64,000 nt of DNA from an uncultured Bdellovibrionales bacterium (GCA_964406815.1 CAYOTC010000003.1:7259-71258); one strand, 5' to 3'; positions 18,574 to 29,362 are shown, numbered from the stretch's first letter. Program-made: numbers and translations. Notes: generated by a model not told the origin, from the letters alone.

Positions 18574-20358
18574 TTAAAGAATTTTTTTCTTGGGAGTTTC
18601 TTGATAGGAAACAAGAGTGTCGCTGACTTTAATTTTTGTTTCTCCGATGAAAGTTATGCCACATTCCTTATTAGCCATACATTCATTTACATTGATTTTA
18701 TTTTCCTGAAGATTGCCAAGTTTCCCTTTGCCGATGGAATTGTCATCGCGCATTACTTCAACTAGAGATCCGTTAACTAATTTTCCAAAAGATACTTTTC
18801 CTCCCACGATCATATCTTTTTTTCCAGTTTTGAAAATTGCGAGCACTTTCATTTTTCCAAAATCAGTCCGTTCAAATTCTTGCGGAAGAAGATCAATGAG
18901 GCGTTTTTTTATTTCCTCAATCATTTCATAGATTATTTTGTAATTTTTTATTTCAACTTTGGAATTTTCCGCCATTCTTTTAGCAACGGGAGTGGTTTCA
19001 ACATTAAATCCAAAAATGATAGCATCAGAGCTGGAAGCGAATCTAACATCGGATTCGGTAATATTTCCGACTCCAATTAATATATAATCAACAGCAACTT
19101 CTTCCGATTTTATTTCGCCAAGAATTTGCTGGATAGCTTCTAAGGATCCCTGGACATCTGACTTAAGGATTATGTTTAATTTTTTGATTTTTTCATCTTC
19201 AATTGAACGGTGGATTTTTTGAGCGGTCGAGACGCCCCCAATATTTGTTTCAAAAGATCCGCTCCTTATTTCTTCCATTTTTGATTTTGCAACAGATTTG
19301 CTGGTAACAATTTGAAGGATATCATTTGATTCCGGAGTAGTGCTTAGTCCGATGAGACTTATGGGAGTTGATGGCAGAGCCTCGGCGATTCTTTTTCCGG
19401 TAAAATCTTCGATTCTTCTTACGCGTCCAAAAGTTTCTCCGACAACTACATCTTGACCTTCCTTGAGTGTCCCTGTTTTTACCAATATTGTAGAAACCGG
19501 TCCTTTTTGAGGATCAAGGTGAGATTCTAATACAACTCCGAGAGCATCACGTTTATAGTCAGATTTAAAATCTTCCATTTCTGTGATAAGCAGGATATTT
19601 TCCAGCAAGTCATCGATGCCGATGTTTTGCTTGGCACTGACTTTGGCAGATAGGACTTGACCGCCCCATTCTTCCAAAAGAATTCCATTTTCCGCCAATT
19701 CCTGTTTCACTCTCTGAACATTGGCTTCTGGTTTGTCTATTTTGTTTATGGCTACAACCGTTGGAATTTTTTTGGCTAAAAGATACTCAATAACTTCTTT
19801 TGTTTGTGGTCGAACTCCGTCATCGGCCGCAACAACCAAAACGGCGATATCGGCAAGGCTTACTCCACGTTCACGCATAGCGGAAAAAGCTTCATGTCCA
19901 GGAGTGTCGATAAAAGTTATAAGTTGGCCTTTTTTCTTTACTTGATAGGCATTAATATGTTGGGTTATTCCGCCGGATTCTTTCAGCGCCACATTAGTTT
20001 TTCTGATTGTATCAAGAAGAGTGGTCTTTCCATGATCAACATGACCCAAAATGGTTACGATTGGAGGACGCATTTTTAGATTTTCTCCCGAGTTGTGTTC
20101 TTTTTTAAGCGCTTCCAGGAGATCTTCCAATGTCATTTTCCCTTTATTTTCCGCCACTTCTTCGGATACTTCAAATCCAAGGTCTTGAGCGATAATAGAA
20201 GCGGTTTCAAAATCTATCGTTTCATTGATAGTCGCCAATATTCCGTTTTTCATCAGCTCGGTTATGACTATGTTAATAGGCATGTCAAGAACTTCACTGA
20301 ATTTTTTCACGGTGATTATGCGAGGGAGGGTTATTTTTTTTGCTTGGTCGTTTGTCAT
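18574..20358 (-). CDS. infB: Translation initiation factor IF-2 (short N-terminus)
   Basis: PPIVTILGHVDHGKTT, GGITQHI, DTPGHEAF, KSDVQGSLEA. Confidence 0.98.
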   Translation of the reverse strand: MTNDQAKKITLPRIITVKKFSEVLDMPINIVITELMKNGILATINETIDFETASIIAQDLGFEVSEEVAENKGKMTLEDLLEALKKEHNSGENLKMRPPIVTILGHVDHGKTTLLDTIRKTNVALKESGGITQHINAYQVKKKGQLITFIDTPGHEAFSAMRERGVSLADIAVLVVAADDGVRPQTKEVIEYLLAKKIPTVVAINKIDKPEANVQRVKQELAENGILLEEWGGQVLSAKVSAKQNIGIDDLLENILLITEMEDFKSDYKRDALGVVLESHLDPQKGPVSTILVKTGTLKEGQDVVVGETFGRVRRIEDFTGKRIAEALPSTPISLIGLSTTPESNDILQIVTSKSVAKSKMEEIRSGSFETNIGGVSTAQKIHRSIEDEKIKKLNIILKSDVQGSLEAIQQILGEIKSEEVAVDYILIGVGNITESDVRFASSSDAIIFGFNVETTPVAKRMAENSKVEIKNYKIIYEMIEEIKKRLIDLLPQEFERTDFGKMKVLAIFKTGKKDMIVGGKVSFGKLVNGSLVEVMRDDNSIGKGKLGNLQENKINVNECMANKECGITFIGETKIKVSDTLVSYQETPKKKIL

Positions 20359-20379
20359 TTAATTGAGTTTTTTCAAAAA

Positions 20380-20901
20380 TTATAATTTCATATCTAAGGG
20401 TTTTTGTTTCATTGCGATTTCAATAGCGTTTTTTTCTTCTTGAGTAAGGGGATGTTTTTCTGAAATGCCGTTTACGATTGATTTTACATAAACTCTGGTA
20501 CCTTCGCGGGAATATAATGAGCTTATTACTACGCCGTTATTTTTTCCGTTAAGCATAGCGATCGATGAGCTCTGGTCTCCGCCGATATCTCCGAAAGGAT
20601 TGAAGCGGACTAAAGCAACCTTGTGGACTCCTCTGAAAGCCAGATTGTGAATCTTGTTTGAAATATTATACAGTTCCTGAATATCCTTATCGAGAGACTG
20701 GAGATTTTTAGAGTGGTTCAATATTATCTCTTCCAGATTAGCGCCGTCTTTTCCGGAGAAGAGAATTTGATTATCTCTAAGTAATCGGTTTAGTTTTTTT
20801 TGAAGAAAGATATTCCAAACCAAAACAGCAATCAAAAAAACAGGTAAACTTGCCAAAATTATCCATAAATAGCTTTCAATTAGCTGTTTTATCGCTTCCA
20901 T
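20380..20901 (-). CDS. DUF4446-like membrane-anchored protein
   Basis: TM then KVALVRFNPFGDIGGDQS, SLYSRE.RVYVK, LTQEEKNAI; ATG at 20901. Confidence 0.85.
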   Translation of the reverse strand: MEAIKQLIESYLWIILASLPVFLIAVLVWNIFLQKKLNRLLRDNQILFSGKDGANLEEIILNHSKNLQSLDKDIQELYNISNKIHNLAFRGVHKVALVRFNPFGDIGGDQSSSIAMLNGKNNGVVISSLYSREGTRVYVKSIVNGISEKHPLTQEEKNAIEIAMKQKPLDMKL

Positions 20902-21075
20902 AGATATTTTAAAACGATTTATTATAATTAAAACTAGCACTAAAAGGCTTTAATGTAAAGGTTTTTTTGGTTTTTAATTTTTATAAATTGCGATTATTAT
21001 GATTCTGCCAAAAATAAAAACGCTATTGATTTAGTGTTCTTATTTTTAAATGAAAAATATTATTTTTATAATCGG

Positions 21076-21702
21076 CTATTTTTTTTGTTTGTATTTCAAA
21101 TATTCAAAAATCATTGGAAGCAACGATATGAGGATTATCGCAAATATAACATATTCGAAGTTAGCTTTTATGAATGGAAGTCCTCCCAGAAAAAAACCTG
21201 CAAATATAAGAGATGTGACCCAGAGGAAAGCGCCAACTACATTATAGAAAAAGAAAGCTTTGTAATCCATTTTCCCGATACCGGCAACGAAAGGAGCGAA
21301 TGTCCTGATAATTGGGAGAAATCTCGCGATAATTATTGTTTTTCCTCCATATTTTTTATAGAAATTTTCAGTTTTTTCTAGATATTCTTTTTTAAATAAT
21401 CTTGAATTATTTCTGTTAAAAATTTTCGGCCCAAAATAATGTCCAATAAAATAATTAAAAGTGTCTCCAAGTATAGCTGCAAAAAGTAAAGTAAAATAAG
21501 ATGTGAATATATTAAGCATTCCACCACCTGCAAGTGTCCCAATCGCAAAAATCAAAGAATCTCCTGGCAAGAATGGAGTTATAACCAATCCTGTTTCTGC
21601 AAAAATAATTAAAAATAAGAAAACGTAGGTCCAAATTCCAAAAAAATCAATCATGACTGCTAGGTGTTTATCGATGTGCAAAACAAAATCAAAAATATCC
21701 AT
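21076..21702 (-). CDS. dedA: DedA/VTT family membrane protein
   Basis: FAETGL..FLPGDSL, ARFLPIIRTFAPFVAG. Confidence 0.95.
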   Translation of the reverse strand: MDIFDFVLHIDKHLAVMIDFFGIWTYVFLFLIIFAETGLVITPFLPGDSLIFAIGTLAGGGMLNIFTSYFTLLFAAILGDTFNYFIGHYFGPKIFNRNNSRLFKKEYLEKTENFYKKYGGKTIIIARFLPIIRTFAPFVAGIGKMDYKAFFFYNVVGAFLWVTSLIFAGFFLGGLPFIKANFEYVIFAIILISLLPMIFEYLKYKQKK

Positions 21703-21738
21703 AATTAAATAATTTGTGGCTGGTTATGATGTTATGAT

Positions 21739-21963
21739 TTATAATTTTTCAATTTCCTTTAGATCTTTATCGGGGATGTATAGAATAATGAGTCCGATGA
21801 TGATTCCGAAAAGACCGGTCCAAAAATGGCTGCCATTAAAAAATACCTTATCCATACTGTCTAGAACATGCCAAATTCCTCGCCAAACCAGAACAAGTCC
21901 GATTACAATGGAAATATTTTTTGCCAGATATTGCAGAGTTATTTTATTTTTTTTAATTTGCAT
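21739..21963 (-). CDS. Small two-TM membrane protein
   Basis: LVWRGIW motif, two hydrophobic segments. Confidence 0.7.
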   Translation of the reverse strand: MQIKKNKITLQYLAKNISIVIGLVLVWRGIWHVLDSMDKVFFNGSHFWTGLFGIIIGLIILYIPDKDLKEIEKL

Positions 21964-22046
21964 TGTTTTTTATTAATATTTAGAAATTAGTTTAATAATA
22001 CTAACCTTTTTTGAAATTTTTGTAAAATATCAAAAAACGTAAAACT

Positions 22047-22136
22047 TGGCGGAAGAGGTGGGATTCGAACCCACGGTACCCTTTCGAGCACACCTGATTT
22101 CGAGTCAGGCCCATTCGACCACTCTGGCACCCTTCC
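22047..22136 (-). tRNA. tRNA-Ser(CGA)
   Basis: Minus strand ggaaggg/ctcttcc acceptor, cctga-ctCGAaa-tcagg, long variable arm, encoded CCA. Confidence 0.95.
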
Positions 22137-22330
22137 AAAACATATAGCATATATCATGCAGCATATATAATATAATATGTAGCATGTGGCTATATTATTT
22201 AAATTATAGCAATATACGAATATAATCAATAGCAATAATTAAAAAAGTAAAAGGCATTGTTGGTTTTTGATTTTTATTGTAAAATATGAACATACGATTC
22301 ATATCATATTAAATACAAAATTATAAAAAA

Positions 22331-22921
22331 ATGAATAGCAATCTTTCAAATAGAGGATTGGGTGTTTCCGGAGGAATAGGATTTGGAGTCTCATTTATTG
22401 AGCCTCAAAAAATAATAGACAAACTTGAACTTAAGGAAGGAATGATGGTAGCTGATTTCGGTTGTGGAACCGGATATTTCTCTTTTCCTCTTTCCAAAAA
22501 AGTTGGAGATAGCGGTAGAGTTTATGCTTTTGATATATTGAAAGAAAAATTGGAAACGGTAGAAAGCCAAGCGAAGCTTTTGGGACTTAATAATATTATT
22601 ACCAAAAGAGCTAATCTGGAGCTTTTTGGCGGATCAAAATTAGATCGGGAAAGCATGGATTGGGTTTTTTTGGTCAATATGCTTTTTCAAAATGAAAATA
22701 AGGATGCTATTATCCAGGAAGCAAAAAGAGTTTTAAAAACTGGTGGAAAAATTCTGATTGTCGAATGGAATAAGGAAGATTCTTCTTTTGGTCCAGAACG
22801 CAGGTTAAAAATATCCAAAGAAGCAGTTGATGAGATAGCCGGAAAAAATGATCTGGCAGTAGTGGATGAAACGGAAGTGGGGGATTTTCATTTTGGTGTA
22901 ATACTTTCTAAACAAAGATAA
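22331..22921 (+). CDS. Class I SAM-dependent methyltransferase
   Basis: VADFGCGTGYF, VYAFD, LKTGGKILIVEW. Confidence 0.9.
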   Translation: MNSNLSNRGLGVSGGIGFGVSFIEPQKIIDKLELKEGMMVADFGCGTGYFSFPLSKKVGDSGRVYAFDILKEKLETVESQAKLLGLNNIITKRANLELFGGSKLDRESMDWVFLVNMLFQNENKDAIIQEAKRVLKTGGKILIVEWNKEDSSFGPERRLKISKEAVDEIAGKNDLAVVDETEVGDFHFGVILSKQR

Positions 22922-22929
22922 ATTAAAAA

Positions 22930-24297
22930 ATGAAAAAGAGTTTCAAAATCATATCAGCATTTGTCGTTTTGACGATTATGCTTTCATTGTCAGGATGCGG
23001 TTGTAAAGAAAAACCCGTAGAGTTAAATTTGGATTTGGAAATCTGGGGTTTTTTGGATGATAATGACGCTTTGGCGGAAATTTTTGAAAATTACAAGCAA
23101 ATAAATCCATCCGTCAAATCCATTACATATAGAAAGCTTGCCATCAATACTTATAAAGATGAACTTATAGAAGCTTTGGCATCAGGGCAAGGTCCGGATA
23201 TTTTTATGATTCATAATTCTTGGACTTTCGGTTTTTTAAACAAAGCTTTTCCCGCGCCGGAGGATATGATATCGGAAATTGATTACGGAAATAATTTTGT
23301 CGATGTGTGTATGGATGATTTTTTCGTGGAAGGAAGAGCTTTCGCTGTGCCGCTAAGCGTTGATTCCATTGGGCTCTACTATAATAAAGACATTTTCAAT
23401 GCTGCCGGAATAACTTTTCCGCCTAAAACTTGGAGCGAGTTTGTCGATTATTCAAGAAGAATGACAAAGGTGAGCAGTACCGGAGAAATAATCCAGTCGG
23501 GAGCAGCAATGGGAACGGCGGACAATATAAATCGTCCGACTGATATTCTTAATCTCTTGATGATGCAAAACGGTATTGAAGTGATTGATGAAAGCGGAAA
23601 AGCGAACTTAAGCGGAGGAGGAGCGACTGATGCTTTGGCATTTTATACACAATTCGCCAAAACTGATTCCGCCAGTTATTCTTGGAATAACAGGATGCAT
23701 TATTCCTTGGATGCTTTTGCTGAAGGAAATGTTGCGATGATGCTTAATTATTCTTGGCAGACAGCGGCGATTCGTGATAAATCTCCGAAACTTAATTTCT
23801 CCGTAACGGAAGTCCCACAGATTTCATTGGATGCGCCGAAAAATTTTGCCAATTATTGGGGCTATACGGTTTCAAAAAATAAATTTACCAATGCGGTGGC
23901 TAGTAATGGGATGATGGTGAATAATGAAATGAGAATAATTGAAGCTTGGAAATTTTTGATGTATCTTACGATGAAAACCAATATGGCATCCGCTTCCGGC
24001 GCGCAATCCAGCCTGGGAAATAAAGTCGACTTGAGTATGGAGCCGGCTTTTATATACTTATCAAAAACAAATCAGCCGGCAGCCAGGCGAGATCTTGTTG
24101 AGATGCAAATTTCCAATGCGGAGCTCGGACCTTTTGCCAAAGGAAATCTTATTGCTAAAAGTTGGATACAGGTAAATCCGGAAAGTGTGGAAGTTATTTT
24201 TCATGAAATGATAAATTCGGTAAATATCGGGGAATATGATCCGCGTGCCGCTCTTTTGAATGCGGCGGACAAAATCAATCAAGCCGCCGGAATGTAG
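22930..24297 (+). CDS. ABC-type extracellular solute-binding lipoprotein
   Basis: Lipobox LSGC, GPDIF, PLSVD..LYYNKD, PPKTW. Confidence 0.9.
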   Translation: MKKSFKIISAFVVLTIMLSLSGCGCKEKPVELNLDLEIWGFLDDNDALAEIFENYKQINPSVKSITYRKLAINTYKDELIEALASGQGPDIFMIHNSWTFGFLNKAFPAPEDMISEIDYGNNFVDVCMDDFFVEGRAFAVPLSVDSIGLYYNKDIFNAAGITFPPKTWSEFVDYSRRMTKVSSTGEIIQSGAAMGTADNINRPTDILNLLMMQNGIEVIDESGKANLSGGGATDALAFYTQFAKTDSASYSWNNRMHYSLDAFAEGNVAMMLNYSWQTAAIRDKSPKLNFSVTEVPQISLDAPKNFANYWGYTVSKNKFTNAVASNGMMVNNEMRIIEAWKFLMYLTMKTNMASASGAQSSLGNKVDLSMEPAFIYLSKTNQPAARRDLVEMQISNAELGPFAKGNLIAKSWIQVNPESVEVIFHEMINSVNIGEYDPRAALLNAADKINQAAGM

Positions 24298-24339
24298 AAT
24301 TTTTTCGCGAGAGTTGTTTATAAGTTTATTTTTTAAAAT

Positions 24340-25437
24340 ATGAAAACAAAAATATTATTATTGACCTTTTTGAGCTTATTGATTTTTGGAGGATTTTTAA
24401 TCAATCCCAAAATCAGTAGAGCTGATAATATAACAGAAGATATAATAAATAGTGCCATCAACAATTTGAGCGCTGGCAGTGGCGGTTGCTGTGTTCGTCC
24501 AATATCAAAAGAAGCGGAGATAATAAGCGGAGCTGGCGATTGTATCATCAATGTGGATAATGATAAATGTTTTGCTAGCGGTGGAACTCTTTCAGGCAAT
24601 TGCGCTGGATTAAAAAATTGCGAAGCGGCTGAAACTGCAGACATATTTGATAAATGTTGTGTCCTAAAAAATAAGGCGTCCAATAGCCTTTATGGAACGT
24701 CTTTGAATTGCGACTTGAAAAACGAAACTTTATGTAAGGTTGCTGGCGGAACAATATATAATTGTAAATGTTCAGTTCTTAAACAATGCGATATAAATTT
24801 ATCAGACACAGCTTGTCCGTCAGATAAACCAGCTGCTAAATCAGCTGTATCAACCAGCGGATCAAAAACTCAAATTTTTACAAATCCTCTTGAATACACA
24901 ACACTGGAAGGATTTGTTCAAGTTGTCTTGAATCGTCTAAAAAGCATAGTGGCTATTTTGGCAATTTTGATGGCAGTTCTTGGCGGAGTGATGTATGTTA
25001 TCTCGGCGGGAAATCCGAAATTAGTTACAGCCGCCAAAGCTTGTTGGACTTCTGCGGCTATCGGTTTTGCAATTGTGATTGCCGCTCCATCTTTTCTGAA
25101 AGAAATTGGAGACATTTTTGGACTTACCTCAACCGGCAGTGCCGAAGTGGATAGAGCTCTTTCTCTGTCTCAAATCGCACTTAATATTCTCAATTTCTTA
25201 TTGTCAATAATCGGTATTCTTGCTATAATAATGATAGTCATCGGTGGAATAATGTATATGGTAGATTTCGGAAGTGAGAAACGATCGGAAATGGGAAAGA
25301 AAATTATCGGTTATGCGATTGTCGGATTGGTAGTGGCACTTTCTTCTTTGATATTAGTAAAACAAATAGGAAATATATTGACTCGTGGATCAGAACAAAA
25401 TAATACAAACACTCAAATTGAAGAAAGAAGAACTTGA
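24340..25437 (+). CDS. Pilin-like protein: two Cys-rich modules plus two TrbC/VirB2-like domains
   Basis: Signal peptide; LAILMAVLGGVMYVISAG..AK..AIG and a second copy. Confidence 0.8.
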   Translation: MKTKILLLTFLSLLIFGGFLINPKISRADNITEDIINSAINNLSAGSGGCCVRPISKEAEIISGAGDCIINVDNDKCFASGGTLSGNCAGLKNCEAAETADIFDKCCVLKNKASNSLYGTSLNCDLKNETLCKVAGGTIYNCKCSVLKQCDINLSDTACPSDKPAAKSAVSTSGSKTQIFTNPLEYTTLEGFVQVVLNRLKSIVAILAILMAVLGGVMYVISAGNPKLVTAAKACWTSAAIGFAIVIAAPSFLKEIGDIFGLTSTGSAEVDRALSLSQIALNILNFLLSIIGILAIIMIVIGGIMYMVDFGSEKRSEMGKKIIGYAIVGLVVALSSLILVKQIGNILTRGSEQNNTNTQIEERRT

Positions 25438-25498
25438 TAAAAAAGACAATTCTATAATAGCGATATAATAAAAATAAAAACAGAAAGGAGGTGTGTTT

Positions 25499-25864
25499 AT
25501 GAAGAAAAAAATATTTGCATTGGGAAGCTCAGCAATGGTTTTTATGTTGACATTGGTTCCGTCTATCGCGAAAGCGGCAGAAGGAAAAGGTTTTAATGTT
25601 TCTAATTTGAATCAGGCTCAGGGAGTGGCAAGTGGAACAGCTTCCGATATAGCTTGGAAACTCATCAATTGGCTTTTAGCAATCGTGGGAATTCTGGGCG
25701 TAGCTGGATTTGTGGTAGCTGGAATTCTTTATATACTCGCGGCTGGAGATGATACGAAACTCGTAAATGCCAAGAAAATTATGACCTTTTCGATTGTTGG
25801 AGTGGTAGTGGCGCTTCTCGGATATGTGGCGGTCAGCACGATTAAGAATGTGATAGTGGACTAA
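25499..25864 (+). CDS. TrbC/VirB2-like pilin (likely major subunit)
   Basis: INWLLAIVG..AGILYILAAGD..AKKIMTFSIVG; SD AAAGGAGGT; GTG 25493 or ATG 25499. Confidence 0.8.
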   Translation: MKKKIFALGSSAMVFMLTLVPSIAKAAEGKGFNVSNLNQAQGVASGTASDIAWKLINWLLAIVGILGVAGFVVAGILYILAAGDDTKLVNAKKIMTFSIVGVVVALLGYVAVSTIKNVIVD

Positions 25865-25988
25865 GGAAGATTTTTGAATTCAAAACTCTTATTTTTCAAT
25901 AAGAAAAAAAGCAATCCTGGTATATCAGGATTGCTTTGTTTTTTATATTATTGTATAATAAAGTAAAATAAGTATTAAAAATAAAAAG

Positions 25989-26441
25989 ATGAAAAAAATA
26001 AAAGTAGCTATAATATCAGCTTTGTTTATCTTCAGTTTTTTATTGCCAAACACGACCCAAGCGATGTCGGATAAATGGAAAAATGTTATTGGCGGCGCGA
26101 TTTTGGGAGGAACTTCAAATTATTTAAGAGAAACTAATGGCAGTAGCGGAAGCTATTATGGCGGTTATTGGGGATGGGGCACCCCTACTAATGAATATGG
26201 TCTTCCTAATAACACGATTACCGGAGTAATAAATATGGTTGTGAATTGGCTTTTGTCGCTTCTTGGAATTTTGGGTATTGCCGGATTTGTCGTAGCTGGA
26301 ATAATGTATATCGTGGCGGCGGGAGACAAAGATTCGATTGATCGGGCAAAAAAAGTAATGACTTTTTCCATAATCGGAGTAGTGGTGGGACTTTTGGGAT
26401 TGGTCGTGGTCAATACCATTGACAGCGTCTTACGTTATTAG
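25989..26441 (+). CDS. TrbC/VirB2-like pilin with Gly/Tyr-rich N-terminus
   Basis: VNWLL..AGIMYIVAAGD..AKKVMTFSIIG. Confidence 0.8.
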   Translation: MKKIKVAIISALFIFSFLLPNTTQAMSDKWKNVIGGAILGGTSNYLRETNGSSGSYYGGYWGWGTPTNEYGLPNNTITGVINMVVNWLLSLLGILGIAGFVVAGIMYIVAAGDKDSIDRAKKVMTFSIIGVVVGLLGLVVVNTIDSVLRY

Positions 26442-26482
26442 TGTTTCAATAATTTTGAAATCAATTCAAAAAAATAAAAATA

Positions 26483-27115
26483 ATGTTTTTTCTTATGCAA
26501 ACAAAGATGATGAAGTTTTTCTTAGGAATGATTTTTTTAAGCGCTATTTTTGCGGGAGTTTCAATTAAACAAGGAGCCGTTTTTGCTGGATGTTGTGTTC
26601 TTGACAATACATCTCCAGATAAAGAAGCCTGCAGGACAGCTCAACAGAAATCTAGTTGTAGTAATACCGAGACATTTTATGAAGAGAGTTGTTCTGAAAT
26701 GTCGCTATGTGAAGCTTTTGCACAAACGACAAATACTACTACAACAAGTGCTCGAGAAGAAGTTTCACAAGAAACTTCAGTTAATTCATCATCTGCAACA
26801 GCTAGTGGAAAAAGCAAAGATACAATACCCGGAGTTACAATTGGTGGAATATTTTATCCTAGTGGCACTAAGCTTCCGGATAATCCAGAGGGGGTTTTCG
26901 GAGTATTAAAAAAAATTATAAATTGGTTGCTTGGTATTGTTGGAACTTTGGCAATTTTGATTTTTATAGTTTCCGGAATTAAATATATTGTCTCTGTTGG
27001 AGATACCAAGGAAGCGGAAAGCGCCAAGAAAATGATGACGTTTGCTATAATTGGGTTAGTGGTGGCTTTGTCAGGATTAATTGTTGTTAATACTATTGAT
27101 AGCATTCTTAAATAG
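26483..27115 (+). CDS. TrbC/VirB2-like pilin with 6-Cys module and Ser/Thr linker
   Basis: INWLLGIVG..SGIKYIVSVGD..AKKMMTFAIIG. Confidence 0.8.
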   Translation: MFFLMQTKMMKFFLGMIFLSAIFAGVSIKQGAVFAGCCVLDNTSPDKEACRTAQQKSSCSNTETFYEESCSEMSLCEAFAQTTNTTTTSAREEVSQETSVNSSSATASGKSKDTIPGVTIGGIFYPSGTKLPDNPEGVFGVLKKIINWLLGIVGTLAILIFIVSGIKYIVSVGDTKEAESAKKMMTFAIIGLVVALSGLIVVNTIDSILK

Positions 27116-27157
27116 AACTTTTAGCTTAGCAATTCCAGATCATAAAATTTTATAATT

Positions 27158-27466
27158 ATGAAAAGTTTTTTTTTACGAATAATTCTTTTAGGGGTTGTCT
27201 TTTTTCCGCAAATGGTTTTTGGCGCGGAGGAAGTTCCCGGAGTAAAAGATCTTTTAATGTCTTTTCTTAAATGGCTTTTGGGAATTTCTGCGATAATAGC
27301 GGTTATCAGTTTTGTTGTCGGAGGCATTCAATATTTGATGTTTTCCGCCGATGAGAAAATGGCAGAGATGGCAAAAAAAACAGTCCTATTTTCAATAATA
27401 GGACTGGTTGCGATTCTTGCGAGTTATATCTTAGTGACTTCAATCAGTAAGATCATTCAAAACTAG
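27158..27466 (+). CDS. TrbC/VirB2-like pilin (minimal)
   Basis: LKWLLG..GGIQYLMFSAD..AKKTVLFSIIG. Confidence 0.8.
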   Translation: MKSFFLRIILLGVVFFPQMVFGAEEVPGVKDLLMSFLKWLLGISAIIAVISFVVGGIQYLMFSADEKMAEMAKKTVLFSIIGLVAILASYILVTSISKIIQN

Positions 27467-27543
27467 ATTTTCATAACTTCAATTTTTTCCATAATAAAGG
27501 GCATGCAAGTTTGCATACCCTTTTTGACTACCAGGTTTCCATC

Positions 27544-28563
27544 CTAGTAGGAATTGATTTTGTAAAGCTGACCTTCAAACACTCCGCTTCCCTCGTGCCC
27601 GATGAGCACGGTTTGTTTTTCAGAAACAGAGAACCGGTCGGTCATTTTTGAATTTCCGTCTACCATTACGAGCATGGCTTTACTCATCTCGTAATCTCCT
27701 TTATCAAGCTCATACTCTTTGTGAGTTGAACCTTCAATCCGGAGAAAGCAGACTTCGTCCCTTTTTGTCATATCAGAGAGTGGAATCATTTTTCCATTCT
27801 TGATATTAGAAAGAAAGATTTGATACTGCTCTGGCAGCGGTTTACTTGGGTTGGCTTTCTGCCATGCTTGGATTTTTTCGATATCAGTATTAATGACATC
27901 TTCCTTTTGCATGGCAATGATCTTGTCAACCTTCGCCACATTCTTGGCAGTCGATGTCGGAATGATTACCGAGGAAATCGCACTGCCGATTCTGGTCTGT
28001 ATGCCGATTTGAGGAAGCAACATCGCAGAGTGAACGAAGAGTAGGCACAGTACGAATACTGATGCTAACCAATTCGTTGCACTAAGAGCTTTCCCTTTGA
28101 AAGCAATAGCAACAGCCACTGCGATTGTTGGGAACAGGACCACAAACATCGGATTATTTCTAAGTGGCAGAACAGGAATAAGCAGAAAAGCAACTATAAC
28201 GAAGAAGTAAATCTGCAGTGATACGTTCCAGAACATCGTTGACAGCGGATTAATAACCACTGCTGCCGATCCCTGGTCGTTATTATTCCTCGGTGTTATC
28301 CGAGAAATTTCAGCTGCTTCTCCCGTAAGAGTGATTGAGGTTATTCTCCTTATATTGAAAAGTGCGAAAGTGCTTAATATTGAGAGAATAAGGCCAAAAA
28401 TGGCAGACAATGTATAATTGTTAAAAATAAGTTGGAATATACATATAGCATAAAGAAATCCAACTAGCCACATAAAAGAGTTGCGTAAACCGCGAAGCTC
28501 TTCTGTTGCCATGCGAGGAAGCACTCCAAGGAAAGCCACTATATTATTCCAGAGATTTGTCAT
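27544..28563 (-). CDS. Multi-pass membrane hypothetical protein
   Basis: SD aaggag before ATG 28563; several TM segments, soluble C-terminus. Confidence 0.7.
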   Translation of the reverse strand: MTNLWNNIVAFLGVLPRMATEELRGLRNSFMWLVGFLYAICIFQLIFNNYTLSAIFGLILSILSTFALFNIRRITSITLTGEAAEISRITPRNNNDQGSAAVVINPLSTMFWNVSLQIYFFVIVAFLLIPVLPLRNNPMFVVLFPTIAVAVAIAFKGKALSATNWLASVFVLCLLFVHSAMLLPQIGIQTRIGSAISSVIIPTSTAKNVAKVDKIIAMQKEDVINTDIEKIQAWQKANPSKPLPEQYQIFLSNIKNGKMIPLSDMTKRDEVCFLRIEGSTHKEYELDKGDYEMSKAMLVMVDGNSKMTDRFSVSEKQTVLIGHEGSGVFEGQLYKINSY

Positions 28564-28591
28564 TTTTTCTCCTTTTTTGATTTGGGTGATT

Positions 28592-29362
28592 TTAGAATTG
28601 ATCGCGGAACCATTCAAACCACATAATCGGGTTTATTCGATGCCATTTATTGGTAGCTATCTTAGCTCTCCTGGCAATGGCGCGATTTTCCTTTTTGTTA
28701 TACTGATCATTTATCCAGGTTGTTGCTTTTCCGATTTCATCTCCAATGGAATCAGCGATGGAGTCTATCTTGATCCAAACAGCCTTGGCATTAGATGTTG
28801 ATTTTTCGATTAGTTCTTCCAGTGTTACCTTGTCCTGATTGTTCTTGCCAAAATGCATTATTCTCTGCTCGAGAGCAGCTAGTTTTGCATTTTTGTTCGG
28901 AAGGACGGAAATTCTGAAAAAGATCATCTTCCAAATTTCTTTGGCGAGGATATGTCTTTTGGTAGGATCAGGATCCTCAATGGATTTATCTTCAGCAATC
29001 AGGAAGATTATACCCTTTGCCATTTTTTCCATTTTTTTCAACTTTACGATCTGATCAGGAGCCTTTCCGGTAAAATCAGGAAAGAGCATTTCAGCATGCT
29101 TTTCCAAAAATAGTTCTTTGAGTTCATCGGAGACTTCCGTATTGGGTATATTGGAAAGCGAAGAAATGAAAGCCATTTCATCGTTTCTGTCTCTGCCGTT
29201 TTTTGAAATTTCTATAATTTTCTCTCCTAATTTTTTGGTAAGTTCAGGGTGATTTAAAATGAACTTATCAAATAAAGGCTTTACAAAGACATGTAACGCT
29301 GTCAACCAAGAAACCAATCCTTCAATTTTTCCTCCTAGCATAATTTTTCTCCTTTTCTCCAC
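28592..29362 (-). CDS. Hypothetical protein
   Basis: 256-aa ORF co-oriented with the next gene; start GTG 29362 or ATG 29341. Confidence 0.65.
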   Translation of the reverse strand: MEKRRKIMLGGKIEGLVSWLTALHVFVKPLFDKFILNHPELTKKLGEKIIEISKNGRDRNDEMAFISSLSNIPNTEVSDELKELFLEKHAEMLFPDFTGKAPDQIVKLKKMEKMAKGIIFLIAEDKSIEDPDPTKRHILAKEIWKMIFFRISVLPNKNAKLAALEQRIMHFGKNNQDKVTLEELIEKSTSNAKAVWIKIDSIADSIGDEIGKATTWINDQYNKKENRAIARRAKIATNKWHRINPIMWFEWFRDQF

